A DNA stretch of 64,000 bases, taken from positions 21,514,001 through 21,578,000 of the forward strand of contig OZ116702.1 in the NCBI GenBank assembly GCA_964199315.1, in the 5' to 3' direction. Below are positions 11,901 through 22,826 of this stretch, piece by piece. The translations under genes and the position numbers were made by a program. Source of the DNA: Orbicella franksi. Lineage: Eukaryota. Within the stretch, counting starts at the first letter, position 1, and every line of letters begins with the position of its first letter. The notes under the pieces are model-generated. The model ran no database searches. It saw nothing but the letters and a program-made list of their open reading frames with translations, and had not been told where the DNA came from.

Positions 11901-14900
11901 TCATTCACGAAGAATTGATGAAACAGACTCAACATCGCAGGAGAATGCTATGGCTTCTTGGCGGAACCTGCACAGAACGCCAACCAAACTGTTCGTGAGA
12001 TCCGGTCCCTGTAGCAGGTTTTGGTTCAGGGAAGTTCTGGCATACTGTGCACTGCAATCAAATACGACGCGAATCTTACCCGGTTTTTTGGGGTGATATA
12101 TACCGTGGTGTGGTACATAGTTGACTCTGCCCATGCTAGCAACGTCACCTTCACATCTTTCAGCACAATCCCTTAAAACTCCTTCCATGAACTTCACATA
12201 ATCTTTGTAATAGCCTGGGTCTCTTTTAAAGTGTTCCTTCAGAAGGAAGAGGCGTTTAAGGGCTAGGGAACGGTTGTTTGGGAGCTCCACTTCTTCTGAG
12301 CATCGGGGTAGTGGCATCTCATAGTGTCTATCTTCTCGCTTGTGGATTCCTTGACCAAGGATGTTAAGGAACTTCTGATCTTCAATAGACAACGATCGCT
12401 CATTCTTGACTCCACATCTCTCTTGAAAATCTAACTCAAACATCTCGTTTACTTGGGCAGGATTGAAGACTTCCTTAACACAAGATTTCAGGGCAAATGT
12501 TGCACCATAACGGGGCCTGGCGCATTCATCAGTGCTGGTCAGTTCTCTTGTAATGATCTTGTTAGTCCAAACGTCATAATTTTCATGTGAAACAGATGGA
12601 GGGGAAAGGCATACCCTGCCAATGATGCCCCAACCAAGAGCAGTTCTTACTCCATATGGATCATTGTCAGAACCAGGTATTATCTCTTGCGGTTTTATGG
12701 CTCTTGGACAATTTGTTCCGATCAGCAAACCAACTTCTAAATCATTCCTGTATGGCATCAGTTCACTTGCGATAGGTTTCAAGTGTTCCCAACACATAGC
12801 CACATCAGGCTTGGGAATCTGTGAGCTCTTGAAAGGGATCATCTGTCTCGTGAACGCCTGTGGTAAAGGAATGCTATTTTGGTGCTTCGTATCCATCACG
12901 GTAACGCCTTTGACCTTGTGACTTTCGATCACTTCATTTTCTTCATGCAGAGTGGATAATAGCAGGTGACTCTTAACACCTTCAAGTCCAAGCTCCTGTC
13001 TCAACTTCTCAGTAATGAAGGTGGCATTGGACTGGCAGTCAATGAGAGCATACGTCATTTGTTTGTTTTCGGGGTTTTCACAGCTAGATACCCATACTGG
13101 AATAATCAAACTTTGGTCTTGTCCAGATTCCTGACCTTCAACTCCACACACTCTCGTACACTTGGCAGATGCTGGTTCAGATGTTGGTACAAGTAATGGC
13201 TCGGATACTGGTTTCAAAGTTTGTTCTGTTTGGACTGGCTTGTCTGGTTGCTGTTCTCTATGTAGGCATGTGGGATGCTGTCGTTTGCATGATGCACACT
13301 TCAATTTTGCTGTACACTTATTTTCCTTAGCCATATGGCCATGCTCTAGGCACCTCAGGCAGAATCCCTTCTTGATAAGAGATGACAATCTTTCCTGTAG
13401 AGGAATCAAAAGTTCTTGGCAAGCGTTCAAGTTGTGGGGCCTCTTGCACCATGCACATGGTTTGCTGTTATTTTTCTTTGGAGTAACTGAAGGTTCTCTA
13501 ACATCCGTTAACAGTGAATTGAATTGGGAATATCTTCCATGACCAGGATCTCTCTTACGGTTCTTGTTTTTGTCCTCTTTTTCTTGTTTAATGACTTCTG
13601 CACTGAAAAGTACGGGTAGACACTGTATATCAGCTATCTCGGTGACAAAGGTGACAAATGCTGAGAAAGGAGGAAACTTGTTGTCTCCATGTTTTTGTTG
13701 ATAGTCACGAACCTTACTTCCCCATTTGGGACGGGCCCAACCAGGAAGGATCTTAACTAGTTTCTTGTTGTCACTTTCTTTATTCAATGTTTCAAGATCC
13801 TCGATTGAATGCATTGCCAGTTGGCAAGTTCGTAAGAAGTCAGCAAATTCCCTCAAGGCAGTTCCATCCCTTGGGTTGATCCTCTGCCAATTTTCTAACC
13901 TCCTTCGAAAGGCATCAGCAACGACAGATGGATGGCCAAATCATTTCTCTAATATGTTCTTTGGTGTTTGATATGCATCAGGTGATGACAAGAACTGATA
14001 ACCTTCCACAACTTTCCTTGGAGCTCCAGACAGGTAATGAAGCAAATAGAGAATCTTTTCACTGGGATTGATAGCTCTCTTCTCTATTACAGTTTCAAAT
14101 GCACTTTTCCAAGTTGGCCAATCCAATGGGTTACCGGTGAAAACTGAAAGATTTGGTGGCAGCATTCGAGCGGCTTGAAAACTTTCCGTGATTGCTTCCG
14201 TAATGCTGCGTGAATTAACTGCTGAATTAAGTGGGGTGGAGAATGTCGGCATCGTTGATTGGGCATGCAGTGGAGAAAAGGGTGTGGCTGATGGCCTGAG
14301 TACAGATGGTATTACTCCGGGAATTCCGTGTGCAACAGGAGTTGAGGCTGTAAGAGGAATGGTGCTTACATTAGCAACGGAAGTGTTCTGCTGGTGATCC
14401 ATCGAATTAATTGATGTAGCATTTGTGTGAGCTGTAGTAGTGGGAAGTGCCGTTACATATCGACGTAATGATCTTCCTTATCAATTTCGCAAGGGATGTC
14501 ATCCAAGCAATCGGACATGGGTTTCTCATCATTTTTTTCTTCTTCAATCTTGGCCAGGGCAGCAGCTTCAGCTTCAGCTCTTTCATAATCTTTCTTCTTC
14601 TGCATTTCTTCTATTTCACACTCCTTCATTTTTAATTCCACCTTCTTCTGCATTTCCAGCTTAGCATACTGCCATTCTACTTTCCTCTTTGCTGCTTCAG
14701 CTACGGCCTTTGCTCTTATCTCAGAGGGATTTGAGCTCCTCGTTTTTCTTGACAATGATGATCTAGTCGACGATCTACTTGCGCGAGAATTTATTTCATC
14801 CCTTTCTAATATGAAAATCCGTTCACCAGCATTTGTTCTTAGTTGCACTGCCCGCTTTAGAAGATCAGACGATTCACCACAGAGTTGCTGTAGTTCTTCT

Positions 14901-15190
14901 TCTGATAAAAAGGGTGCGTACCCAGATCGTGCTATTTCGAATGCCTGTCGACTTTCTTCTAATTCAGTCCTAAGCTGGCAAAGTTCATCAACATCACTTG
15001 CATCTATCCATAACATGTCGACTTTGTCAACACAGTTCCTTAATTTGACTAAGGTATCTTCATAACTCTTCTTCTTAAATGGCAACTGATACTCAACCCT
15101 TTTGTGTAAGAGTACGTTTCCTACCTTCCAGTTCACCAGTCGGTGGTTGGATATCCTGCATATCCCTTGTATCCTTTGTTTCATCTTCAT
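8943..15190 (-). pseudogene. BEL/Pao gag-pol polyprotein (several frameshifts)
   Basis: Gag FTGNPLDWPTW, three zinc knuckles (CAWCKRPH, CLRCLEHGH, CASCKRQH), protease ALIDCQSN, RT RVVFDCS/FGAASSPGCAN/FYVDDG, RNase H HHFSDAS, integrase HH..CC, DYFGP, SDRGTNF, WERQIR. Confidence 0.93.
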
Positions 15191-15291
15191 TCGGTTTGTT
15201 TATTTGCGCCGACGGAAAACCACTCATCTTGAGAAGATCCATGATCCAATATCCGCGTGTCCAGTCCACGGGGTCGCAACCAAAGTTTTAC

Positions 15292-15751
15292 TGTTACCGG
15301 CAACCTTTCGCTCAATAATTAGACTCCAAATTCATCCAAAATGATCCAAAGGACAATCAACAATTACATAGCTGGTAGAATTACAGATTCTTTAATCTCC
15401 TCAGTAGGATAGAACCGTAAAACTAGAAAGCAAATACATGACAAAATTCCATGAGAAACTGAACCGTTCGCGAGTACATGTGCATGCCAAAATACAAGAA
15501 AATCTTACAACAATACAATAAATCAGAGCGAAAACGAGTTACAAATACCTTTGTCCAGCGACGAAGGGCAATGAACTGGTCTTAAATCTTAAAGGATCCA
15601 AGGAAAAAATGATCTATTTTGTCACAAACGAGCAAGATAACTTCGATTGCCTTACATCTGGCGTTAGCAAGAACACGTGTTTTTTGCCGAACGCGCGCTA
15701 AGAACCTTGGGAATTTTACCCAAGCGTCTTTTCAGCTTAACGTTAGTGACA
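15292..15751 (-). repeat. 5' LTR of the BEL element
   Basis: TGTTACCGG...GTTAGTGACA, a direct repeat of 8353-8811. Confidence 0.95.
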
Positions 15752-15919
15752 TCTACAATTTGGCTGCACGAATGTGGACTAATTTGCATGCAACTGTGAT
15801 CAAGTACAACTCAAATGAATGAGAGTCAATAATTGCAGCTATTGTTTCCCAGGGAAATCAGTGATCCCAGTGCACTGAAGGGATTTGGAGTTTCTTGACA
15901 TGACATTTTATCATCCATT

Positions 15920-16222
15920 ATAATATAGATACGAACCTGAGCACGCTCTGATTGGTCAAAAACCCAGTTTTATCTGAGTATAAAACAGAAAAAGTGTGCT
16001 TTATTGTTTTTTGTCACATTACCTCAATATTACAAGGCAAATAAAGAAGGCTAAGCCATGTATTACACTGTTATAAAACACTCCGGACATTTGAACACTC
16101 GAGAAATGTAGAAAACACTATTCGCCTGCGGCTCGTGTTTTCTACATTTCCCTTGTGTTCTGAAATGCCCATCGTCTTTGATCACAGTGTAATACACGGC
16201 TTAGCTTTCTTTATTTGTTAAA
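15920..16222. mobile_element. Foldback/MITE-like insertion with a long internal hairpin
   Basis: 16038-16217 is a near-perfect inverted repeat: CAAATAAAGAAGGCTAAGCCATGTATTACACTG ... CAGTGTAATACACGGCTTAGCTTTCTTTATTTG, with inner arms GAAATGTAGAAAACAC/GTGTTTTCTACATTTC. Confidence 0.7.
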
Positions 16223-16519
16223 TAAAACCACCCCCCCCCCCCCAAAAAAAAAAAGTCAAAAAAAAAATCATCATCATTTGTGTCATGAGATAAAAGACAG
16301 AAAATCATTTCCTGTTCTTACAAACAGTAGAACATGTATTTTAATCTTTCCCTAAAAAAATATATAATTTGTTTGCAAAACAACAATGACTTTGGATGAC
16401 TGTAGATGTCCTAATGGTTAATATTATTGGTTTTGACCAAAAAAAAATCAAATTTACAACATACAGTCAAAGCACAAAGGATGCATAATTTTTTTGTCAC
16501 CATATGAACCTGCTTTTTC

Positions 16520-17928
16520 TTATTCATCTGGAAAATGAAAACCCTCGAACTGGAAGTCATCTTCAAGTCCTGGTGGAGGAAAGTGTGCTCTAATGGAACA
16601 CACTGCACATGATGGCAAAGGGACTCTTATTTCTTTGCCAAGAGTACCCCAGCACCATCTGACAAGTTGACGATAGGCTATGTGCCTGTTAAGTTTATGT
16701 TGGGGACCTTCATGGGACTGAGAATACTGCTGCTTATATTGGTACCAGGCTGTCTGCAGTACCCATCTGTTGAGATAAACAGCTTGGAAACCTGGATGTT
16801 GAGTTATACAAACTGGGGCTTCAGCAACCTCCCCCATCTCTACTGCCTCCCTGTTTTTGTTGCACATTTGAGGAAACTCTGAACAGCACGTACATTCCTC
16901 ATTTCTGTTCAGTATTTGGCAATTTCCACATGTACACCTAAAGTAAATAAGCTTTGTTTGACTTGGATTTATTGCACAGTAAAAACATAAGAACCTATCC
17001 CAAACTTTTCAGGATAGCTTAGAAGGTTCTTTATCATTTAATGTCTGAGAATCCGGCCTAGTTAGGTATGCAAAAGGTTCTGTCAGTAATATCCTTTTGA
17101 AGAATAGCAGAATCTAATCTGAAATTATAATATTTGTGTCAGTCTTACGAGGTCTTACATGCATTTTTCTCTGATTTCTAAACAAGAAGCAGATCCACTT
17201 GCAAGCTCAAACACTAGAACAAACCAAACATATAGGTTACTAATAATAACTACATTAAAAGTTATTTGTTTCGTTTCAGAGGTAACAATGGCAATCGTTC
17301 CTTTTCTAAAAAAAAGTAGGTTAGCTTAAAAATTGTTTCATAATCTTGTTACAGTTCTACAAAAAATGGAGTATATTGTGTTGTTGATAGGAATAGGGAT
17401 TCAATATTACAGAGTTTTGGTACAATCGACTTTACTCCAGGAGGGTGATTTTAAACTGGTTTAGTAAGGTCTAAAATATAGCATAGCAGTGGATATTGCC
17501 TCTCTAAATGCTTGTGATATCACAATAGCTATGAATAAAACGAACAAAAACATGCAACAACGATTTTATTTTTATTCTTTTTTTATTGTGTTTGTTTACA
17601 ATTCTCGAGCTCATGAGCGTTTGATCTTCACAGCCTCTCCTAAACATCAAATGCCATTTAATTCATGGTGGCCACGACAGATCGGTTAAATTGTATTGTT
17701 TAAGTTAGAAAATATATCCAGAAACTCTTACCAGTCTGAATTTCTGGTACGAGCATTTTCGTCCTCGTCTTGATGCTCCTCTTCTAATTCTCCTTCTTCC
17801 ACACCTTCTTCACTGGAAGAAAACTCTGGTTCGAACTGGTACGGCCGGATCACATTTTGGGGGATATTTTCATCGTCAATAGAAAGACTTGATTGAGATG
17901 AATGCGAAGAGGTTTCATCGTCAGACAT
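16520..17928 (-). CDS. KolX accessory protein of Kolobok (P2X7 C-terminal ballast-like Cys-rich protein), 2 exons, 204 aa, open frame
   Basis: Exon 1 is 17928-17732 (IRPYQFEP, acidic) with a GTAAG donor. Exon 2 is 16937-16520: W-CTCGNC...EECTCCSE...CITQHPGF...RHIAYRQLVRWCWGTLGKEIRVPLPSCAVCSIRAHFP. 197+418 = 615 nt with no stop. Confidence 0.85.
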
Positions 17929-18286
17929 TTTGAAGCAGCTGAAACTAAACTAGTTCAATATACTCAGTTCGGCTCGCTAAACTCTTCATGCAAAACAAAA
18001 GCGAAGCGATGTGGCATCACGATCTGACGTCACATCTTAATCCGCTGGCCGTTTAAGCTCCCGCGATGAAAAGGGAACATGGCGGATGCAATCCGAAGCT
18101 TTGGATCGATTTTTTCATAAAATCATTCATCGTCGATATAAATTATCGCTGTCAAATTGATCCATCCTATGTTAACATCAATACAAAAAATAGTTAAAAT
18201 TAGCCTTGAGTTCCCCTTTAACAGTAATAAGCGTGGAATCACTTGCCAGAGGTAGTACTCTTTACATGTATGTTATAATTTCTCAC

Positions 18287-18623
18287 CTTCCTTGCAAACA
18301 TGAGCTTCTGACAGTGTTGAAGACAACTTCGTCAAGTCGACGAGTCTATATCCCTCTCCCAGGCAAGCCGTTTCATCGTCAAAACATTCTGGAAAACTAT
18401 CAGAATAATCTTTTGGCGTCATTTTCAGTCGGGAAGCACTCAGCGATTGATCATTTTCAGAATCCGATGAATGTTGTTGACATGATACACCAGCCACTAG
18501 TTTGGGAACTCCACTATCAACTGGTGGCGTTTTCTTCGCTTTTTTCGCATGCCTCTGAACACCAGTGAAAGGGTTTCCTTTCTGTTTCTTTCTGTAAACA
18601 TTTTTCTTCTTTCTTCCGGGCAT
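18287..18623 (-). pseudogene. Kolobok B transposase exon 1
   Basis: MPGRKKKNVY...GYRLVDLTKLSSTLSEAHVCKE ends at a phase-1 GTGAG donor (18286). Splicing to 5097 gives CKE-A-SLTVKNPSGRNGLMADL in frame. Confidence 0.8.
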
Positions 18624-19031
18624 TTTGGACCCAAAACTCGCTATAAGAAAGCTACCTCTTGTTCTCTCAATCTCCACTGTTGTGATAACATGTTCGGTTC
18701 GACGAATTTCGATCCCATGAGGTCTTCGAAAGTCTCAAACGTCATGTAATAGGTCATATAGTTTCCTCACAACAGTGGAGGAGGATTTATGGGAATTGGA
18801 TGGACTGCAGGGAAAGAAATCGATGTAAAACCAAAAAATGCTAGTTTGCATTGTCATGGTAACCAAAACTGTTTTTTCACTGTACTAAATAAAATGCTTC
18901 GCTAGCAATGAAACAGCGCAATGTTAACTCGAAAACACTCAGCATAGCATTCTTCTATGCCAGAAGTGTAAGATTTTGGAAAAACAAAAATATAGACATT
19001 TTGGTCAAATTTTAGGTTAAGTCCAATTTCC

Positions 19032-19400
19032 TTAACAACATCTTCATCCACATATGTCGTGTCGCTTCCTTCATCTAACAGACAATTCACAATAATTCTC
19101 CTGTTTCCGTTCTTTAAGACGATTGGTATTGTTCTTAATGCCACTTCTGGTTGTCCTTCTTGATTTCCAAACGTTTCCATAGTAATGGATCGTCTGGTAC
19201 CATTCCCCTGCATGGTTTCTCTCGGTCTCCCATTTGCGTTTATTGTTGGTTGAAGGGGCGTGGTCAAAGTTTGAACGTATGGTTCTGCTTCTGGTCACAG
19301 ATGAAATTGAGCAGGTGGCGCCCTATCATAGTGAAGGAGATTTTGACGAGTTCCTGTACATTCGTTAATGCCGCAATTTGAGTCTCATGTAATTAAGACT
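19032..19400 (-). pseudogene. BEL/Pao gag C-terminus/protease relic, part 1
   Basis: Degraded knuckle CGINEC...LLH, then VALRTIPIVLKNGNRRIIVNCLLDEGSDTTYVDEDVVK. Confidence 0.75.
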
Positions 19401-19817
19401 GTCGTATTTATTATCCATGCAAGTTTCATTCCACTACAATGCAAAGAATACTTGAAAGCCTCCATTACATTAATTTTTTATACTTTATCAAAGTCCAGTT
19501 AAGTTCAGGATTTTAAATATATTGCTTCCTTTGGGACAATGTGAACAAAATTATACCTACCTTTGAAACTTCTTACAATTAAATGGTGTTTGATTTGTCA
19601 TGAAGTGGTTGTTTAATTTTATTTTGCTTGGGTTATACTGGAGCAAATTAAACAAAAAACTCAGCAACTAATGCTGTTCAATTCAGCTGCATTAACTGTC
19701 AGTAGCTTATTAGCAACAACTCGCTCTCTAATAATATTGTATGAACAAAAAAACAAGACTAATCTGGCAGTAAAGGGACCATGGACACTGGGTGCTCCCT
19801 GGGGTAGCAACGAGAGT

Positions 19818-20017
19818 GGGTGGTAGCGACACACCCTGGACAGGTAATTGGGTGGTTAGTGGACACACCCTGCAAACAAAGTGGGACAGTTAGTAGGCTC
19901 AAACCCCAAAGCATAAACACAACATGGGGTGTTTAGCAGACACAAACGCCAAAGCAGAAACTTGGGCGGTTGGCAGACACACCCAGTGAATGAGTTGGGG
20001 TGATAGCGCACTCGCCC
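19818..20017. repeat. Array of six degenerate ~21-nt hairpin repeats with unique spacers
   Basis: Units start at 19818, 19850, 19883, 19926, 19964 and 19997. Consensus is about GGGTGGTTAGCRGACACACCC with a GGGTG/CACCC stem. Confidence 0.6.
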
Positions 20018-20050
20018 AGAGAACAAAGCCACCCAACCTGGCTGCTTAGG

Positions 20051-20600
20051 TAGCTAAGAATAAGGTGGGGTAAGGGACCCACCCAGCCTGATGCAGGTGG
20101 TAGCTAAGTGGAAGGTGTGCACCTGGGGCAGTAGTCCAGGTTTATTTACAGGGAGGGTAGAGGAGGGGAAGGAAACACTGTACACTAGCCAAGGAAAAAA
20201 TAGCTGATGTGCCTAGTGTGCTGCTGGTACAAAGACTGGTGTAGCATAACATGTTTGTGTGTACTGTTTGTTGAGACCGGATATGCAACGGATACTAAAA
20301 CTGATAACATAAGATGAGCATACATTAGTAATGGATAGGATTAATACCATTGACATGAGCCTTAATTGTTGATAAGGATACCGAGACAACATAGCTAGTA
20401 GTGTCCATTGTTTATGGTATCAAGTTCCTTGGCATGTTCGTAATGCACTTACGCAATAACAGAATAGTATCTCTGTGGCTGAGACATATCGATAGACAGT
20501 AATAATAGCTAAGAATAATAATAATAATAGCTAAGAATAAGGTGGGGTAAGGGACCCACCCAGCCTAACGCAAGTGATAGCTAAGTGGAAGGTGTGCACC
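20051..20600. repeat. 73-bp split direct repeat pair (20051-20123 and 20528-20600)
   Basis: TAGCTAAGAATAAGGTGGGGTAAGGGACCCACCCAGCCT-N11-TAGCTAAGTGGAAGGTGTGCACC, 4 mismatches. Confidence 0.9.
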
Positions 20601-22826
20601 CAAATTATGCCCCAAATACTGCCAGGTACATAGTGACAAATATTAGTGGAACTTAAGCAAGGCCTACATTGTAATGTGCTTGGCTCCTGTGGGTGGCAGC
20701 TAGCTGGGCAGGGACTGCTTGGAGTATTCAAGCAGGTGTCCTGATGGATTGGATGTAGCAATTGCTGGACCAACGGCCAAGGGTTTGGATTAGCCAAGGG
20801 GGCAAGCTGGCCTCTGCAGCAGTAGTTGCAGCCCCGATGCAGAAACTGTGGGATGCATAGGACTCTGTGGCGAAACCCAAGCATTGAAGCTGGAGGTGCA
20901 GAATTGAGGTTACTTTGTTCCTGGTGAGAAATTGCCCTGTTAAGAAGAAATAAAGGAGGGTGGAATTGCCTGAAAGCTGGTGAGCCAGGTAACGGCACAT
21001 TGCTTGTACTGCACAGACTGAATGGCTAGAAGAAGCGAGCGTAATGGAACAGCCCATCCGGAAGGGATCAGTTTTAGATGATTTCAGTTGCAATGATAAG
21101 GAGCCTGGGGAAGTAAAACTGATGTCTGAGCGAGACAGGTGTACCAGCGGGTTGAAGTGAACTGAAGATGGTGAGGTGAACTTGCTCAAACCTAAGAAGA
21201 CAAAGAAGGCCAGAGTAAAGGCTGACCAGAGCATGAGTTTGTCCTGTGATGCAATCTCAGGGTCATCTGCCAAAGCTCCTTTTCGCTGGCACATGACTCG
21301 TGATAGGTAGACAGTGGCAAGAGGAGAGTCCAATTGTCCGCTTGATAACTCGTAGAAGTAAACGAAGAAGGGGGACATCTGCAAACGGGTCTGCGAGGCT
21401 GTTTTCGATGTGGGCAAACCGGATACCAGCCAGATACAGCTTAATGGTTGGGAAGCTGACTTGATCAGAGAGCCAAAAGGCAAAATAACGTAGTTGTAAC
21501 TCAGGGATCAGGGATGCCATTGCCTTGAACAACAAAAGGTATACCTGCGAATTCCAGTGTAGTAGGTGCGATGTGCAGAAGGTGCAATGGCTTGGGACTG
21601 CAGAAAGGCTAGGCGACCTGTCAGAGGGTCGGCACTGAGGGAGGCAGAGTCGTGGGTTCTGAATCTGCCTGTGGGGCATGTTGACGGAACTGGGACATCT
21701 GAAAACAGGACAAAGCATCAGCGATTGAATTGTCTGTACCTCGAATGTGAGAGACAAGAATGGAGAATTGGTGGGATGCAGCGCAAAAGAAGATTGAATG
21801 AACAAGGTGCATAAGGAGGGGGTCACGGGAAGAAACCTTTGCCCAAATGTCCACAACTGATTGGTTATCACAGTGGAATAGCAGTTTCTTTTCCCTCCAA
21901 AGTGGACCCCACAGGAGGCAGGCAAGAGCTATGGGGTAGAGCTCTTTCCACTGGTTGGAGTGATCAGACAGGTTGAAGGGCCAGGAACCATTCAGCCATT
22001 GACCTTGAAAGTAGACGCCAAAACCAAGACCTCCAGATGCATTGGTGAAGAGCTTGAGATCAGGAGATCTTTACCAAAAGAGGTCAGGGATAATAGCGTG
22101 GCCATTCCAGAGAGGAAGAAACTTCAGCCACCAAACGACATCCCTGCGAGCTTCAGTGTTGAGGGATATATGATGGTGGGGTAGGCAAGCAGTGGTACTC
22201 AGGTCAATCAAGCACCGTAGGAATATGCGACCAGCTGGGATGATTCGACAGGCAAAGTTAAGTTTACCAATAAGGGAGAGAGGTTGTCTTTTAATGCACT
22301 TTTTCTGAGAAGACCAGGTATGAACTTCAGTCATGAGCTCTGAGAGTTTATCAGGAGGTAAGGAGCATTCCATGAGATTGGAATCAATCAGTATGCCAAG
22401 GAACACCAGAAGAGAGGTTGGACCCTCCAGCTTGTCAGGGGCCAAGGGGATGCCCAGGCGGTAAGCGGTTTTAACCATGACGTGGACTTGAGATGCGCAT
22501 AGCGGTGATGATGGAGGACCTACGGTAAAGTAATCATTGAGGTAGTGCATGAGGGCAAGGATAGCATAATTGTGCTTAAGTATCCAATCAAAGGCATCAG
22601 CTAAATGGTTAAATAGGAACGGTGAGGAATGGAGCCCAAAAGGTAGGCGGAGATCCACATAGAATTTGCCTTGCCAGTGCATGCCAAGGAGGTCTTAGTC
22701 ACTGGGGGACACAGGACAGAGATGAAAGGCGTGCTTAAGGTCAGGCTTAGCCATGAGAGCACCAGTGTCAAATGAGGCAATATTAGCTTTTCCTTTAATA
22801 TAATGCCAGATTTTCCAGGGGTCCAG
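20051..22826 (-). mobile_element. Ngaro-like (DIRS order) tyrosine-recombinase retrotransposon, 5'-truncated and degenerate
   Basis: RT LPFGLHSSP/HYLNDYF, RNase H HIRGTDNSIADALS, SAM-like TIKLYLAGIRFAH, YR LKSSKTDPF/SHSFCIGAAT/LGRWSSNCY, plus a 73-bp split direct repeat at the 3' end. Catalytic residues are mutated. Confidence 0.85.

Larger units (their letters stand above)
8353..15751 (-). mobile_element. Full-length BEL/Pao LTR retrotransposon
   Basis: Two roughly 460-bp TG...CA LTRs flanked by the 5-bp TSD TCTAC (8348-8352, 15752-15756). Domain order is gag-PR-RT-RH-IN. Confidence 0.95.
5326..18217 (+). mobile_element. Kolobok DNA transposon C with both ends intact
   Basis: TTAA TSD at 5322-5325 and 18218-18221. 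Termini are AGGGGAACT...AGTTCCCCT, and imperfect inverted similarity extends about 200 bp (AAAAAATCGATCCAAAG, GCGGGAGCT, TGACGTCA). It encodes a transposase and a convergent KolX. Confidence 0.92.
2902..19031 (-). mobile_element. Kolobok-type DNA transposon B (DGTW-type transposase), host of the nested insertions
   Basis: Left TTAA (2898-2901) precedes GGCGGGACTTAACCTAAAATTTG. The right end carries the inverted copy CAAATTTTAGGTTAAGTCC (about 19006-19024). A two-exon transposase lies inside. Confidence 0.82.

Noticed and set aside
9482-15344. Numerous plus-strand ORFs over the BEL element
   Set aside because: They are antisense shadows of the gag-pol frame with no recognisable domains.
16520-16937. 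Host P2X7 purinoceptor gene (P2RX7)
   Set aside because: No channel ectodomain or transmembrane exons are present, and the gene lies inside Kolobok TIRs convergent with the transposase.
19818-20017. CRISPR array call
   Set aside because: The repeats are short and degenerate, there is no leader or cas gene, and the context is eukaryotic TE sequence. Kept only as a hairpin array.
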